NCBI GenBank assembly: GCA_051294905.1
Contig: CM119376.1
Span: 5,084,001 to 5,148,000 of the forward strand
Direction: 5' to 3'
Source: Botryllus schlosseri
Lineage: Eukaryota
Length of the DNA: 64,000 bases
Both the position numbers and the translations under genes were made by a program. The notes under the pieces were generated by a model. That model saw only the letters and a list, made by a program, of their open reading frames with translations. It was not told the DNA's origin and searched no databases. This document shows positions 50,622 through 63,750 of this stretch, piece after piece. The number at the start of each line of letters is the position of its first letter. Positions within the stretch are counted from its first letter, which is position 1.

Positions 50622-53600
50622 TCAGCAAGCACAGTCCAGGTTTCTGTTGATCCGTATCCGTTTGACCCAGACCAGCCTGGCGCCACGTAGCGAGAATTGC
50701 CTCCAAGCCACCAGTTGAACGCAACCGCAAACCAACGGCACCGACACTAATATCGTGAAGCAAGCTTGACGGTACATTTCGCTGAAGACCGCATCAGGAT
50801 CCGAAAGCTTCCCGGTTCCGACATGAAGTCGGTTCGCGAAATCATTTTGAAAGATGTCTTTTCCTGCGATCACATCGTAATCAGACTTGTGCAAACTACC
50901 AATTTAGTTAGTTGACAGTACGGCTAACAAACTGTTGTTTTTTCGGCTATTTCTAGTTGTGCGTTTGAAAAAATCTCGTTGTTTGGCGTGAATACCAGTC
51001 CAGTGTTCTGTTTTGTTGCAGCTATTGCTATCTCAGAGTCAGTGGTGAGCACGAGCAGTACTAACACTAAACTACTAGTGGCGGAACGTCTGGCCCCTTG
51101 ATTGGAAGTTCGTGGGTTCGATCCCCGGCCAGGTCAGACCAAAGACACTGGTATCCATGGCTTGGCGCTAAGCATTACGGGGATAGAATGGAGGGATGGT
51201 GCAAGTCTCACAAGGCTATATCCGCACCTTCCTTGTCCAGTGGCATATGCTATGCATTCACGGTATGCATATGCAATATGCATGGTGTGTATGTGTAAAT
51301 TGTGTATCATAAGTCAGACTATATATGCGGTAAAAACATACAACGTCCTATTCCTATAACTGGCTTAGCCAGGGGTGAGATTTGGAGGAGTCGAAATCCC
51401 TCCTATTCTACTGATGTTCATAAGGAAATCCAACTACGATTAGATAAAAATGTAAGAAGTTTCTACAGAATTGATTCCAGCGAGATGCGGGTTTTGAAAG
51501 GTTGTTTGTTCTAGTTGTAAGTGTAGTAGCGAGTAGTGTGGATTTTAAAAATCCAGTAGTTTCTACAAGTCTGGTCATAATGCAGAAAGCGAGAGATCAA
51601 TCGAAATTGGCAATACCTGTGTAAGCGGACAGCATGAACGTGCCAAACAACGGAGCTAGCGTCTGTCCCGGTTTGGCCAGGAGAGAAGACATGCCAAAGA
51701 GCAGTGCAGAAACAGGACGTGAACGGTGGTGGACGACATAATCCTCATCGACCATGTCCGATACCACAAGGTTGAGAAGCTTGCAAGTACCTTCCGTAAA
51801 TATCCGATTGCTAAAAATATACACACCAATATTAGGGCAGGGCACCTGAGTGATTTGATCACTTATAACATCACAACAGTATGGAATAGATGGAGAGTTA
51901 AAACACATACCTTTTAATTGAATAGCATATTCATATTAAAATGAACCCGAATATTTTCGGCTGACACTCGTCAGGGGTAATCGTCAGCAACTAGTAGAGA
52001 ATTCGAAAGAACAGCGTATATCAACAATCGTAACACAAAATATGACGTCACCAGCACGAATACGAGAGCGTTCAATGTACTATTTTTAGATGATACACGA
52101 ACTCTTTTTGTTGACACAGCCTTGGCTGGTGTATTTTGATAAAAGTCGACTCCAAGGCGCACAAATGAAAGTGGGAGCGACCCTTTCCGAGTATGCGAAA
52201 TCTGTCGTCTCGATAATTTTTCGCACAGGTCGACTTTTATCAAAATACACCAGCCAAGGCTGTGTCAACAAAAAGAGTTCGTGTATCATCTAAAAATAGT
52301 ACATTGAACGCTCTCGTATTCGTGCTGGTGACGTCATATTTTGTGTTACGATTGTTGATATACGCTGTTCTTTCGAATTCTCTACTAGTTGCTGACGATT
52401 ACCCCTGACGAGTGTCAGCCGAAAATATTCGGGTTCATTTTAATATGAATATGCTATTCAATTGTATATTGAAGTTCTGTACCTCAAAGAAGCTGTTCAA
52501 ACATACCTTTTATGTGATCAGAAAGAATATAACGCCAGCTGACATTAAAGACTACCGTATTTAGTATTTCTCGGCCATACTTATTTCATCGCACTTCGTA
52601 ACACTGGGTTGATCATTGATCCCGACTTCAAAGATATGTCTTTTTCCAATAACGTACATAGCTTAGTACTACATGTTAGTATGCTACATACAACAAATCG
52701 AGGTTTCAAGGCTTTCAGAGTGGAAGGTACTATTGAAATTATAATTGACAGATTTAGCTGTGGCAAGGGGGAGTAGGCCTTGCGTGCATAATTTCAGTAC
52801 TCGAAAACATCATCTCTCCAGCCTAATTATATGAATTGATACTCGATTAATATTTGCGTACTCAAATCTCTGTGTCCATTCCTAATTATGATGCATAAGT
52901 TTACAGAATTCCACACTTTCAAGACTGCGGCAAACCTCGCCAATATACCAAGTCCTTTTTCACATTCGGGTCTATTTTCAGTGATTGCAATGAACATGAT
53001 TTTTCTTTCAAATTTTACCAGTTGAAATTGAACTTGTTTATCATTCATGTCCATTCCGTCCGACATGCTATTCAAAACCGTGACAATATCATGGTTTCTG
53101 GCCAACATTCATGCGTCACATCCTTAACCGTTGGATTTCACATACCTTGCTATGAAAATACAAGTCATCCAGACGTAGCCACGGCCGATAGAGAGCATGT
53201 ATAGTGCCAGCAACGTTTTTATCCAGAACAGCAAGCTCACCACTTGATATACGCCGTGCTTCTCACACAAATGTAGAAAATAGATGTTATTCAAGTGGGG
53301 CGCGATGAATGAGAAACCTGGAATGAAAATTAATACATTTTAGGTCATGCGAATCATGAAAGTAAAACTGTGAAGCAGGGCTGTTAAAAAATAACTGATT
53401 TTTTGGGGATTCACTGATTGAATTGTTAAGTTGCCTAAATTGCTGCACACCAAACTTGGCTCGATATCAACTGGTAGGTGTGAACGCACTGGAGTTTGAA
53501 AAGGTTTCCAGTAAATTTGGCCACAGGTCACTTCGGCCCGCGGTAAATTCGGTCAGGGCCGAGGTAACAATAACAGTTACAATAACATTACCTAACCTTA

Positions 53601-56600
53601 ACCCTAATCCTAACCCTAATCCTAGTCCTAACCCTAATCCAAACCCTAATCCTAACCCTAACCCCTAACCTCCAAATCACTTGATAATAATATAATTATG
53701 TAATTAATTCACATTAATAGTTGGTAATACATTTTTACACAAAATTCTCTGAGGGCCGAATTTACCGATTGAATTCTGCCCTCGGTAAATTCGGCCTCGT
53801 TAATATCCGCGTTATCTGCGGTGACTGCGTGATATACGCACACCCTGTCCTCCAGATCACTTGATGATGATATTATTATGTAATTAATTCACATTAATAG
53901 TTGTTATTACGTTTTTATACAAAATTTTCCGAGGGACGAATTTACCAGGTAAATTTGGCCCCGTGAATCTCCGCGCTATCTCCCGCGATCTACGCATACC
54001 CGGACCTCCAAATCACTTGATAATAGTATAATTATGTAATTAATTCATGTTAACGGTTGGTAATACATTTTAATACAATATTCTCGGAGGGCCGAATTTA
54101 CCAAGGGCCGAAGTGACCTAAGGCCGAATTTACTGGCAGCCGTTTGAAAATTATGAACATATTATGAAAACATCAAAATTTTACTGTCAACTCAATGTAA
54201 TTCTTGAGTTGTCAACTAAAACGATGCAAATAAATTTGACGCAAATCCAACCCGTAGCAGCAAAGATATTCTAGTTTTTCATTAATAATTCTGGGATTAG
54301 CCGCCGTCCAGGCTATTTTTGTGAATCCAAAATTTTTAATTGCATTAACTTCGCTTCTACAGGCTGAAAGTGAGCAAAAATTGTGAAGCATCATTCTTTT
54401 AGAAAACTTTACAATTTCATGGGGTGGATGGTAAAATTCGAATTTTTCATCAATTTTCTTGATAATAAATTAAAAATTTTCAAACTCCAGTGAGTTCACA
54501 TCTACCAGCTGGAATCGAGCCAGATTTGGTGCTCAGCGTTTTTTAGGCACCCTAACAATTCAATCAGTGAATCTCTGGAAACCTGAAAAAAAGGTATTTT
54601 TGAACAACCCTACTGTGCAGTAAATGTGATTGTGAATGTCATCGACTTCACCTGTCTAGTGTTATTGCTTATACATTGAGTATATCAATAACAGTATCAA
54701 AGTTGATCAAAAAGTAGCTGTGGGTGCTAAAGAAGTAGAAGTATCAATTTATAAGGCGTGCCATCTTGGTCGATGTGTTGCGGATTCTGTCGTGCCCATT
54801 GCAAGAAGCAGTCAAAGTGGTGATGGTCAGCACCTAATCAGAAGTAGGCCTAATGTCAAAATCTTCAATTCAACTAACAAGTGCAAGTGGTTTTTTCAAC
54901 AAACTACTTCAACAGAAGTACACGAGATGTGTGAAAAGTACCTTTGAAGTGGATCATTACTTTTTTACGTCTACGAAATTAAAGCATACATCTTTGTAAG
55001 TAATGCAGAATGACTTATAGTACCACAATTACGTGAAATTTTTAAATTGTTTGTATTCTGTTCCCGCAATACAGGGGTTGCATCGCCTGGTTACAGGATT
55101 GTAACCAAGTCACAAGACTCCGAGTCACAAGTCAATCTCACTTTTATACTTTTGACTCGAGTCAAGTCGAGTCATTTTCAATTCACCACCGAGTCAAGTC
55201 CGAGTCAAGTCATTGAGCAGAGGGTCGAGTCCGAATCATGGTATTATGACTCGAGTCCAAGTCATCGAGTTGACTGCTCAGTTTCAAGTTAAAATCATGT
55301 TAAACCCACTTTTAATAACTCTATTCGGTGCTATCAAATGGTTCCTATTTATATTATACTAATTTTCCTCACTTTTAGCAGTTTCTGGTCGCGTTTTCAA
55401 GTAACGGTACCAGTAGACGAAATCCAAATAATGTGGCTACTTCATTATTCTTCGAAATTACAATCAAATGTCGGTCTCGGCCGTCTGAGCTTCGAGTCAT
55501 ATGACTTGGTTCGAGTCATGCACAATGACTGAGTCCAAGTCGAGTCAACACACAGATTGACTCGAGTCGAGTCATTCCTGTATTTTGAAACATTGACTCG
55601 AGTCAAGTCGAGTCATCAGAAAATCATGACTCGAGTCGAGTCATGACTCGAGTCATTACAACCCTGCCTGGTTGTTATGATTAGCCTACATCACTCCTAG
55701 AAGTGATAAAGATGTATCCAAATACTAATTCTACTCGATATCTAAATAACAGCCAAGTAGTTTAGCTTTAAAATCTGTAGAGTGAAATTAGTCCAAAAGC
55801 AGCCATGTGAGTACACTACAGAAGTACAAAACACCTAATTGAGTACACTAGAGAAGAAATTATTTTTAATTGACCACCTCAGCAAATGTATATCAGCTGC
55901 AACCGTCAGAATCACAGGATCAAATTACAACATTATTTGACAAAGTATATCAAGTTGACATTGGAAGCAATGATAATGGAGAAAGCAACAAGCCTATGCG
56001 TGATTGATTCTTCAATTGCCATTTGCTAGCCTTTACATCGTTTCAATTTCTGAATGCTTCGTCAGGGTAACGCGCCAGCCACATTCAGCAATATAACTGA
56101 TGATAGTTCACTTATCACGCATGCAAGTGTTAGCAAAAATGCGTAACGAATCAACTAACCAATGATAAGTGTGCAAACTGCGTTGGGCACTGAGTCGCCG
56201 ATGAGTGCATTCATGAACAAAGGGAAAAAGTTGCTATTGAAATGACAGTGAAACACCTAGAACAACACAAAACGGGTTAAATGGATTCAAGCATAAAACC
56301 CCCATCACTAAGGCTCACTTGTATCAAGTTCATGATCACGAACCATCGGAAATTTTTATAGCTGACAAGCTGCCGCATATACTTGATTGCACTGACGCTA
56401 CCCTCTTCACCAGTGTATGCAGAGGCTGAAAAATATCTTACTCAATTATCAGCAATTTCAGAACCGATTTTATACATACGTTGTGATTGTGATTCAGATA
56501 GATCTGTAACTAATGATAGAGCACCGAGTAAGCTATTCGATGCAACGTAAAACCCAAGTGCGGATAGACATGTGATGCATAGACAAAATATCTGAAAGAG

Positions 56601-57604
56601 AATACAAGATAACAAGTTTTTCATCAATTTCGAAACCCCAGTTTACGTACTTGAAAAGGTAATATAGTATTTTGACTCCACAAAATGTAGGACATAAACA
56701 CGCTTGTAGTGCCAAGGACGCTGAATATGGAACAGGATCGATTAAGATGATTTCTAAATGGAAGACATCAAATTAATGACAAGCTTGTGTTTGAGTGCGT
56801 ATGTTACTCTCACCTCTCATTGGTCTTCACAGTTAAGTCAGCGAGCAGCGCTGTATGTTGTAAGTCGACTGCAGTCAAGAATGCATCATAAATACACAGG
56901 CAAAGAGCAAATTGTAGCCAAGTCGGCAGCCAATGGATCCAGAATAAGAAAAATGAAATTGCAAAGAGAGGTCCGTTGCGTTGTAACGATTTCACTCTGG
57001 ACACGACAATATCCATTTGATTGTGCATCACGCTAAAATTATACATTAAGAGCGAATGATATATTAGGAACTGCCACAAAAATCACGTTTTGAACCAACT
57101 TGCTGGATGTCAGCAGTTTCTTGTCGCTTAGCCATCCGAATAATGGATCGTTGATTGAGTTCCATACCAGAAAAGTTACCTGAAATACGAATAATAATTC
57201 AAAAGTATGATCCAGACATTTAGTTCAAGTCATATATAAATGATAATTATCGTGGATCAACAACTTTAGCGCTGTCATGTGAGGTGGTGGTGAAAAAGGC
57301 CAATATATATATTGGAAAGCTGGCTTCAAACACCGAAACACGTCATTCTTATTTTATTTCAGAGATAGGGGGTCATGATAAATTACTTTTTTATAGATAT
57401 CCATACCATATAGCAAACCAAGTCGGTGGAATTGCTCCGAAATCAGGTAATTACCTCTCCAATCCAGAATGAAGTCTTGTCTATTTTGTAAATGTTAACA
57501 AACATATCCACGTAATATAACAAAAATACATTGTGGGCGATGGACATAAAGAGTGACATGCTGCCGTAACATCGCGAAACCAATCTCAATTCCTTTTCCT
57601 TCAT
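50622..57604 (-). CDS. MFSD13A: MFS domain-containing 13A / TMEM180 (SLC68A1) transporter, 10 exons, 491 aa
   Basis: Exons: 57455-57604, 57100-57179, 56814-57032, 56651-56753, 56480-56591, 56319-56425, 56160-56256, 53146-53317, 51617-51810, 50622-50863 (1476 nt, phases consistent). Motifs: [64 protein letters not shown]. Confidence 0.92.
51076..51340 (+). mobile_element. tRNA-derived SINE, same family as 32903
   Basis: gtgggttcgatccccggccaggtcagaccaaagacactggtatcc...cttggcgctaagcattacggg. Confidence 0.6.
51916..52463. mobile_element. Family F foldback MITE, young intact copy
   Basis: Two apparently perfect 235-bp inverted arms (51916-52150, 52229-52463; the outer AATT may be a TSD) with a 78-bp spacer; the ORF track shows mirror-image ORFs 52086-52289 (minus) and 52090-52293 (plus). 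Confidence 0.92.
53500..54145. mobile_element. TIR element containing a (CCCTAA)-like microsatellite and three units of about 170 bp, nested in a family J-like element
   Basis: Termini ggtttccagtaaatttggcc / ggccgaatttactggcagcc; cctaaccctaatcctaacc tract at 53592-53670; repeat units start near 53668, 53850 and 54006. Confidence 0.7.
55094..55666. mobile_element. MITE family B (reverse orientation)
   Basis: caggattgtaa / ttacaaccctg; TSD cctggtta / cctggttg (7/8). Confidence 0.85.
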
Positions 57605-58050
57605 ATTTGGACGTGATCATTTTTAGCTCAGAAGAAATTCGACAAAATGTATCACGAAGAAGCCATTCTGTAACTTATAGAAGGCAGTAAACAATACATT
57701 TTTCCAAAACAATTAAATGCCACTACGTGGCCGAAGCATAATGCGACGAGTTTATATAGCTGAGTGGACGAGGCATGTGTAAGGATAAGGATATGGAAAT
57801 GTTTTTTGATTGGATGTAAACATGTAATATTCTCATTTAATAGAGCTCACAAAATATTGTTTATAGCAACATCCTTAACTATTCGAATTGTAAAAATATG
57901 TATACATGATACATGTGTTTCATGTGACGTAGCTAACGCTTAGTAACACCTTACAATTAGACACATGCCCTTCATTCACAAAATTGTAAACAAATGGAAA
58001 GTTATCGTGGGATTTGGATCTTACCTCGTTTAGCGTATTAGGGCTGCGAT
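57605..58050. promoter_or_regulatory. Putative bidirectional promoter for MFSD13A and NOP14
   Basis: Head-to-head start codons 446 bp apart with no repeat insertions recognised between them; promoter function is inferred. Confidence 0.55.
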
Positions 58051-61000
58051 ATGGCGAAAGCGAAGAAAGGATTGTCGGACAAAGTGCGTAAAAGTCAATC
58101 GTCGAAAAGCAAGCGCGTATTCAAGGCCCAAAGTAATCCGTTCGAAGTGAAAATAAACAAGCAAAAACACAACATTTTGGGGAGGAAATCGAAGCATGAT
58201 CGTGGCTTACCAGGAGTATCCAAATCCAAGGCTAATAAAAAGGTAATAATTCATGATGAATATTTCTGTTATTTCATTGTTGGATTACCAATTTTAATGT
58301 TTTGTGTCACTTTATTTACATGCATTTATAATAGCTATGTTCCGCACATCACTGACATCGGCAAAATGCTCAATGCACCTGATTATGCACACAGCACAAT
58401 GACAACCTGGTCAAAATTGCATGTCGAAGTTTCTTACTGGAAATTGTAAGCCTTTTCCTCTCCATCCAATATATCTTCTGTGACAATAATCTACTATATT
58501 CATCAATGCAGCCTACAGGTAGTGATAGAAAAGATTCACATGCAGCATTCGCTGTAACCTTCTGTCATGGTTGTAATGACTTGAATCGAGTCCCAGTTTT
58601 TCGTTGTCTCGACTCGACTTATTAAATTTGTGCATTGACTCGACTTTTGACGTGCAATGAATGACTTGATTGAAGTCTCGTGTATCAGACCAATTACTTG
58701 AAAAATAGACGCAGAAACCGTCTTTTATCTGCTTGAATAAATATGTTACGAGCAATGTTCCCTCTAAGCTGCGCACGTGCGCAAATGCAAGTTGCACACA
58801 AAAAATCCGCGGTGATGACCATTTTTTTAGTCGTTACGCACTGTTGTCCAAGGGTCTGCGCAGTGAGTTGGTGAGTGTGCGCAGACTCGTCCAAAATTAG
58901 AGGGAACATTGGTTACGAGTGAGATAAATGAATATAATATGATGCGAGGCCTTCAATATCAACCAAGAGTTTCACATCTAAGTGAGTTAAACCTGACTTT
59001 AACTTCATAATGAACTGCGAACAGTGACTCAAGTCTCAACACCATGACTCGGAGATGAATTGAAAATGACTCGAGTCAAAACTAGAAAAGTAAAATTGAC
59101 TTGTGACTCGGAACCCTGTGACTTCATTACAGCTCTGTCTTCTGTTTACAATGAGTGAATGAATTTTATCACCCCGTTTGTGCTCTTATACAATATGTAA
59201 CTAACCCCAATGATCGTTCTTCTTAGCACTTCATCCTCTGAAAACTCGAACTGTCTTGTCTATTTAGAGGAAAGATACTCTGTTGAAAGAGTACAAGGAG
59301 CGGCACAAGTCCAACAATCTGCAGGATGACAGATTCGGCGAAGCCAGCGTCGAGATGACAGTTGAGGAGAAGATGATCAAGCGTTTTGCGATGGAGAAAA
59401 AGAAGAAGCACGAGAAGATGTCAATGTTCAAGTAAGTACAGGGCCGGCCAACCCGTGGCCCGCGAGATGGCTTTGAGTGGCCCGCGAGGTAATTTCCGAA
59501 ATTAGTAATATTATCAAAAATGGATTGCACAGATTGTGAACTTGCAAGGCCAACCAAAAAATTGATTAGTCTGGCCACAATACTTAAGATGTGATGACTA
59601 ATATATCAGTTCCGACGCATTGGCAGATCCATGAGCCAGTCACATTTTGGTAGATCTTCGTACACTACAATAAAGCAGAATAATTTGCGGTAGCTTCGCG
59701 CAACATGGTGTCACTCGATTTCTTGCTTTTAATATTGTTACCCCTTACTGAAAATGAAAGAACGCCTAATGTCTCAGATTGAGTCTAACTATATTCGCGA
59801 TTACGAGCCAAAGTGTCGTTCAACATATGCGACCTTGAGTTTGCGCTCACTGAAAGACCGTCGACTATGAAACCTAGGCACAAAATGATCGACGCATGTT
59901 GGTAAGCTTTCGATATCGATATGTCCAGGCGCTGAGTAGTCCATTCCTTGCAAACTGAGCCCAACCATATACAGCAGGCCCGCAAGATAGTCAAGTGATT
60001 ATATTATTGACCAATGAACTTCAAAACATTTTCGCGCGACTAGTGGCCCGCGCGATGGTTCCTTAATCAAATGTGGCCCTTTGGCGGAAAAGGTTGGCCA
60101 CCCCTGAAGTAAGACAAAGTTTTCACGACGCTATAGTCTGTACTGCATTCGGTATTGAAGTTGGTCGTTGGGAGTTCTGGTGGTGCGTTGTGTGCAGCGG
60201 CATACGCGGGGAGGCTGTGGTTTGAAACCGAAACCCAGACCTTCTGAAATGACGATGATATCTCCAATATTTATAAGCTCATTTGTAATTAAGCAATTGG
60301 TGTCACACTGTTGCGTTTCGACTGAACATTGCGATGACACTTTCAAAGCCGAAGCCTTGCATTTCTGATATGGTGTCTGAATGGCGACAGTAGAAGTCAC
60401 GATATTTTTCACTGAATATTCATTATAAAGTTTTCGTTTGTGTGAAAGTTATATCGTAATGGTTTTGTTCTTTTAACACTCTTTCGGTGCACGGTTTATT
60501 TTTTGCACCAGTAATCAATAGTATATGCTAGATGTCTATTTAGTTGTTTATTGTGGTAGATTTCTGTTTTCATAACTCCGCGAAAGTTTGGGGTTCCACG
60601 AAGACTTGCAGAGTTGCATTGGTGTTCCGCTGGTCAGTATAGGTCAGGGTTGTAATGACTCGAGTCATGACTCGACTCGAGTCACGATTTTCTGATGACT
60701 CGACTTGACTCGAGTCAATCTGTGTACAGACTGACTTGGACTCTAGTCATTGCGCATGACTCGAATCAAGTGATATGACTCGAGACTCAGACGGTCAAAA
60801 CCAACATTGTATTGTAATTTCGAAGAACAGTAAAGTAACCCCCCCTATTGGGATTTCGTCTAGATGGGTACTGGTACTTGAAAATACGATCAGAAACTGT
60901 TCAAAGTTAGAAAAACTAGTATATTATAAATGCGAACCATTGGATATCACCTAACAGAGTTATAAAAGTGGGTTTAACAAGACTTTAACTGAAAACTGAG

Positions 61001-63662
61001 CAGTCAACACAATGGCTTGGACTTGGACTCGAGTCATAATACCAAATACTCGGACTCTAACCTCTACTCGATGACTTGGACTCGGACTTGACTCGGCGGT
61101 GAATTGAAAATGACTCGACTTCAATCGGGTCAAAACTATAAAAGTGAGATTGACTTGTCACTCGGAGCTTTGTGACTTGGTTACAACCCTGGTATAGGTT
61201 AAAAACCGCCGTACTAAACAGACTTGTTAATAATGATAGTGGGTGATTTGGGTTTGAACGGAGTGTAAAATGATATCGCTTCAGCAATTCAGAACTCATC
61301 TATATTTGTTTTCACTTATCTTCAGCCTGAACGACGAGGAAGAACTGACCCACTTCGGTCAATCGCTTTCCAATATCAAAGATTTCGGATCCAGCGTTGT
61401 AAGCGATGATGAAGACAATGGCGCTATTTCAGGTGCATATCTTCTGTATTTGTTTGTGTTGATTATTGTATATTTATTTACTTATATCAATGCGATGTAA
61501 GTCATGTTCCATCGCTTATATTCAAGGCCATATTCTTTGGCAGCCTCGTAAAATTGTTATTACATGCACTCGATAATTTATGTTTGTGAAATGCCAGGGT
61601 ATTTGATAGGGCGCATTAATCCCGACAGTCTTTGTAAATTTTACAATATCGATTGCGATTTGACATTGTGCTGCTGGCGCAGTCGTAGAAGTGTGGGGAC
61701 CTTTTATCTCCGTAATGCTGGTACTGCTGTTTGTCACAGTAGGCTAGCTAACTCGCACAGCCACAGGTCATGTTTTGAGCATCCTGTGCACTTTCATTGC
61801 TGTGTACTCTGTATTTGTATCACCGCATCGTCAGTTGTTCATATTTACTAGGTTGTGGAACTCGCTTATTAATATTAAAATGGCTCCTTTTGAAGTACTT
61901 GCTGCAGACTTCAAAAATGTTTTTTTGGTAAGCCTACTCATTTAGGGGTCATCACCAGAAATGATCCTATTCTGCTATATGGCATCGTATTTCACAACAA
62001 TTTGTATCTGCTAGCGACTTGTACTTAGTTAGAGAAACTTACAATGTTGAATCTTGTCGATGAACAGCGGAGTATGTGGCCGAGGCACATTTCGGCGGAG
62101 GCATTTTCACCAAGAAGAATGGAGAGGAGGAAGGAAACGACGCAGAAAAACCGAAGACACGCAAAGAAATAATGGACGAAATTATTTTGAAATCGAAGAA
62201 AGCCAAGGTAGAAATGCGCTGCAGTCTGTAGAAGTCAGACTCATTCAAACTACTGGATTTTCAAAATGCGCTAGGCCTAAAACTAACGAACCTAAAATAT
62301 ACTCAACTAGCTAACTAAAACACCACTGAATACGAATTACCTCATTGTAAATGAGTAGTGCGATTTTTTTTTACCTAAAATATGGAAGATTTTGACCTAA
62401 AAATCTTAATTTTAACCAAATTTGACCTAACGTATGCACATTAGGTGTTTTCCCACATAATGTTATAATTGTACTACTTATCTTCATTTCTGGTTGGAAG
62501 TGTTTGGCCTGAAAAAACTTTTTTGCCTCAAAAACTGACAAATTTTGACATGGAAAAACTTCATTTCATCGAAATCTGGCCCTATGAAGTATTCCAGTAG
62601 TTACAATACGCATTATGGTAGAAATTTAAAACATTTGTAGTACTACGAAAGATACTTTCCTATATTCTCGGGTAGAAAGTGTCTGTCCTTACCAAGTAGC
62701 TTGCCAGGAATAGAAAAAGAACGTTCAACAGCAACAGTTGTTGGCTGACAATGCTCAATCATGCGCTTCTTGATAAAAGAACTATGCAATGGCCGCGCAT
62801 TCTTACTTCAGTTGGGATATTGCGGTTTATTGAGCATAACACCACCTCAACCTATTTGTTTCATTCGAATGTTTATGATTCACAATGAGCAGACAATAGG
62901 CCGTCTACAATGGTAGGCCTATATGTTACAAGCTGTAAAATGTCACATGATAAGTTCCCCGACGGTGCAAAATCTACGATACAAACGAAATGCAGGTGCA
63001 AAAAAGTTTCAACTTTGTAAACAATTTTGACATTTTTTGACCTAACGCTACAATTTCGACCTAATTTTGACTTTTTTTGACGTGTCAAAAAATCGCCCTC
63101 TAATTGAGCTGAGAAATATTGGAGATGGAATCGGCATTGCGAAAGGACGGGATTCAAAGTTTGAAATGGAAGGGGCTCCGACCCCCTAATCCCACCCCAT
63201 TGCTATGTCACTGTTGATTACTCCGAGGTAGCAATGACCCCATGAACATCACACACCAAAACACCAGTATCACAACTAGTTTTGTTTTGGTAAATGTGGA
63301 ACTAAAACTAGAACTACTCAGTACTCACTTTGTGCAATCTTCGACTATAACTATAACTACATACTTTTAAAAATGGGAATTAGAACGTGCACTACTCAAA
63401 AAAACAGTGTTAGCTAGTCGACCGTCAACCAATTAGATTAGTAGTTTGTACGAGTCTGGTTGTAGTGGCGACAGACTTACAGCTATCACTGCGCCGTGTA
63501 ACGTCAGCACACCTATCGAGCACCACATTTCGAGAATACCGATTCCGTTACAGTGTGAGCGTCAAAACACGCAAGAACAGTCGGACGCATTGAGAGAGAA
63601 GCTGGACAACACGTGGCAAGAAGTCGAGCTGTTGTTGAAGTCATCCAGCAAGACTAAAAAAG
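58051..63662 (+). CDS. NOP14: Nucleolar protein 14, 5' part (first 5 exons; gene continues beyond the window)
   Basis: Exons: 58051-58242, 59268-59431, 61326-61432, 62068-62207, 63554-63662. Motifs: NPFEVKINKQKHNILGR, TLLKEYKER, EEKMIKRFAME, NLNDEEELTHFGQSL, HFGGG, KTRKEIMDEIILKSK. Confidence 0.93.
58566..59137. mobile_element. MITE family B with nested family I MITE (58753-58911)
   Basis: Outer TSD ccttctgt / tcttctgt (7/8); inner element has a perfect TSD GTTACGAG (58745-58752, 58912-58919). Confidence 0.82.
59439..60106. mobile_element. MITE family E inserted at the NOP14 exon-2 splice donor
   Basis: cagggccggccaacc / ggttggccacccctg; flanks aagtaagta / aagtaaga. Confidence 0.82.
60645..61191. 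mobile_element. MITE family B, intact reference copy
   Basis: Perfect TIR cagggttgtaa / ttacaaccctg; perfect TSD GTATAGGT (60637-60644, 61192-61199). Confidence 0.9.
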
Positions 63663-63750
63663 GTCCGTTACTTTGAATTTACGCGACGATAGACATAAGA
63701 ACGGGTCGTGCCATCTTGTTTTATCCCCGTTTTGAGTTGTCTCTCTAAAT

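Noticed and set aside
52086-52293. Pair of mirror-image 67-aa ORFs
   Set aside because: A consequence of the perfect inverted repeat.
53423-53668. ORF ending in (NP)n
   Set aside because: Translation artefact of the CCTAAC microsatellite.
58243-63553. snoRNAs in NOP14 introns
   Set aside because: I could not identify convincing C/D or H/ACA box structures by eye; an Infernal/Rfam scan would be needed to exclude them.
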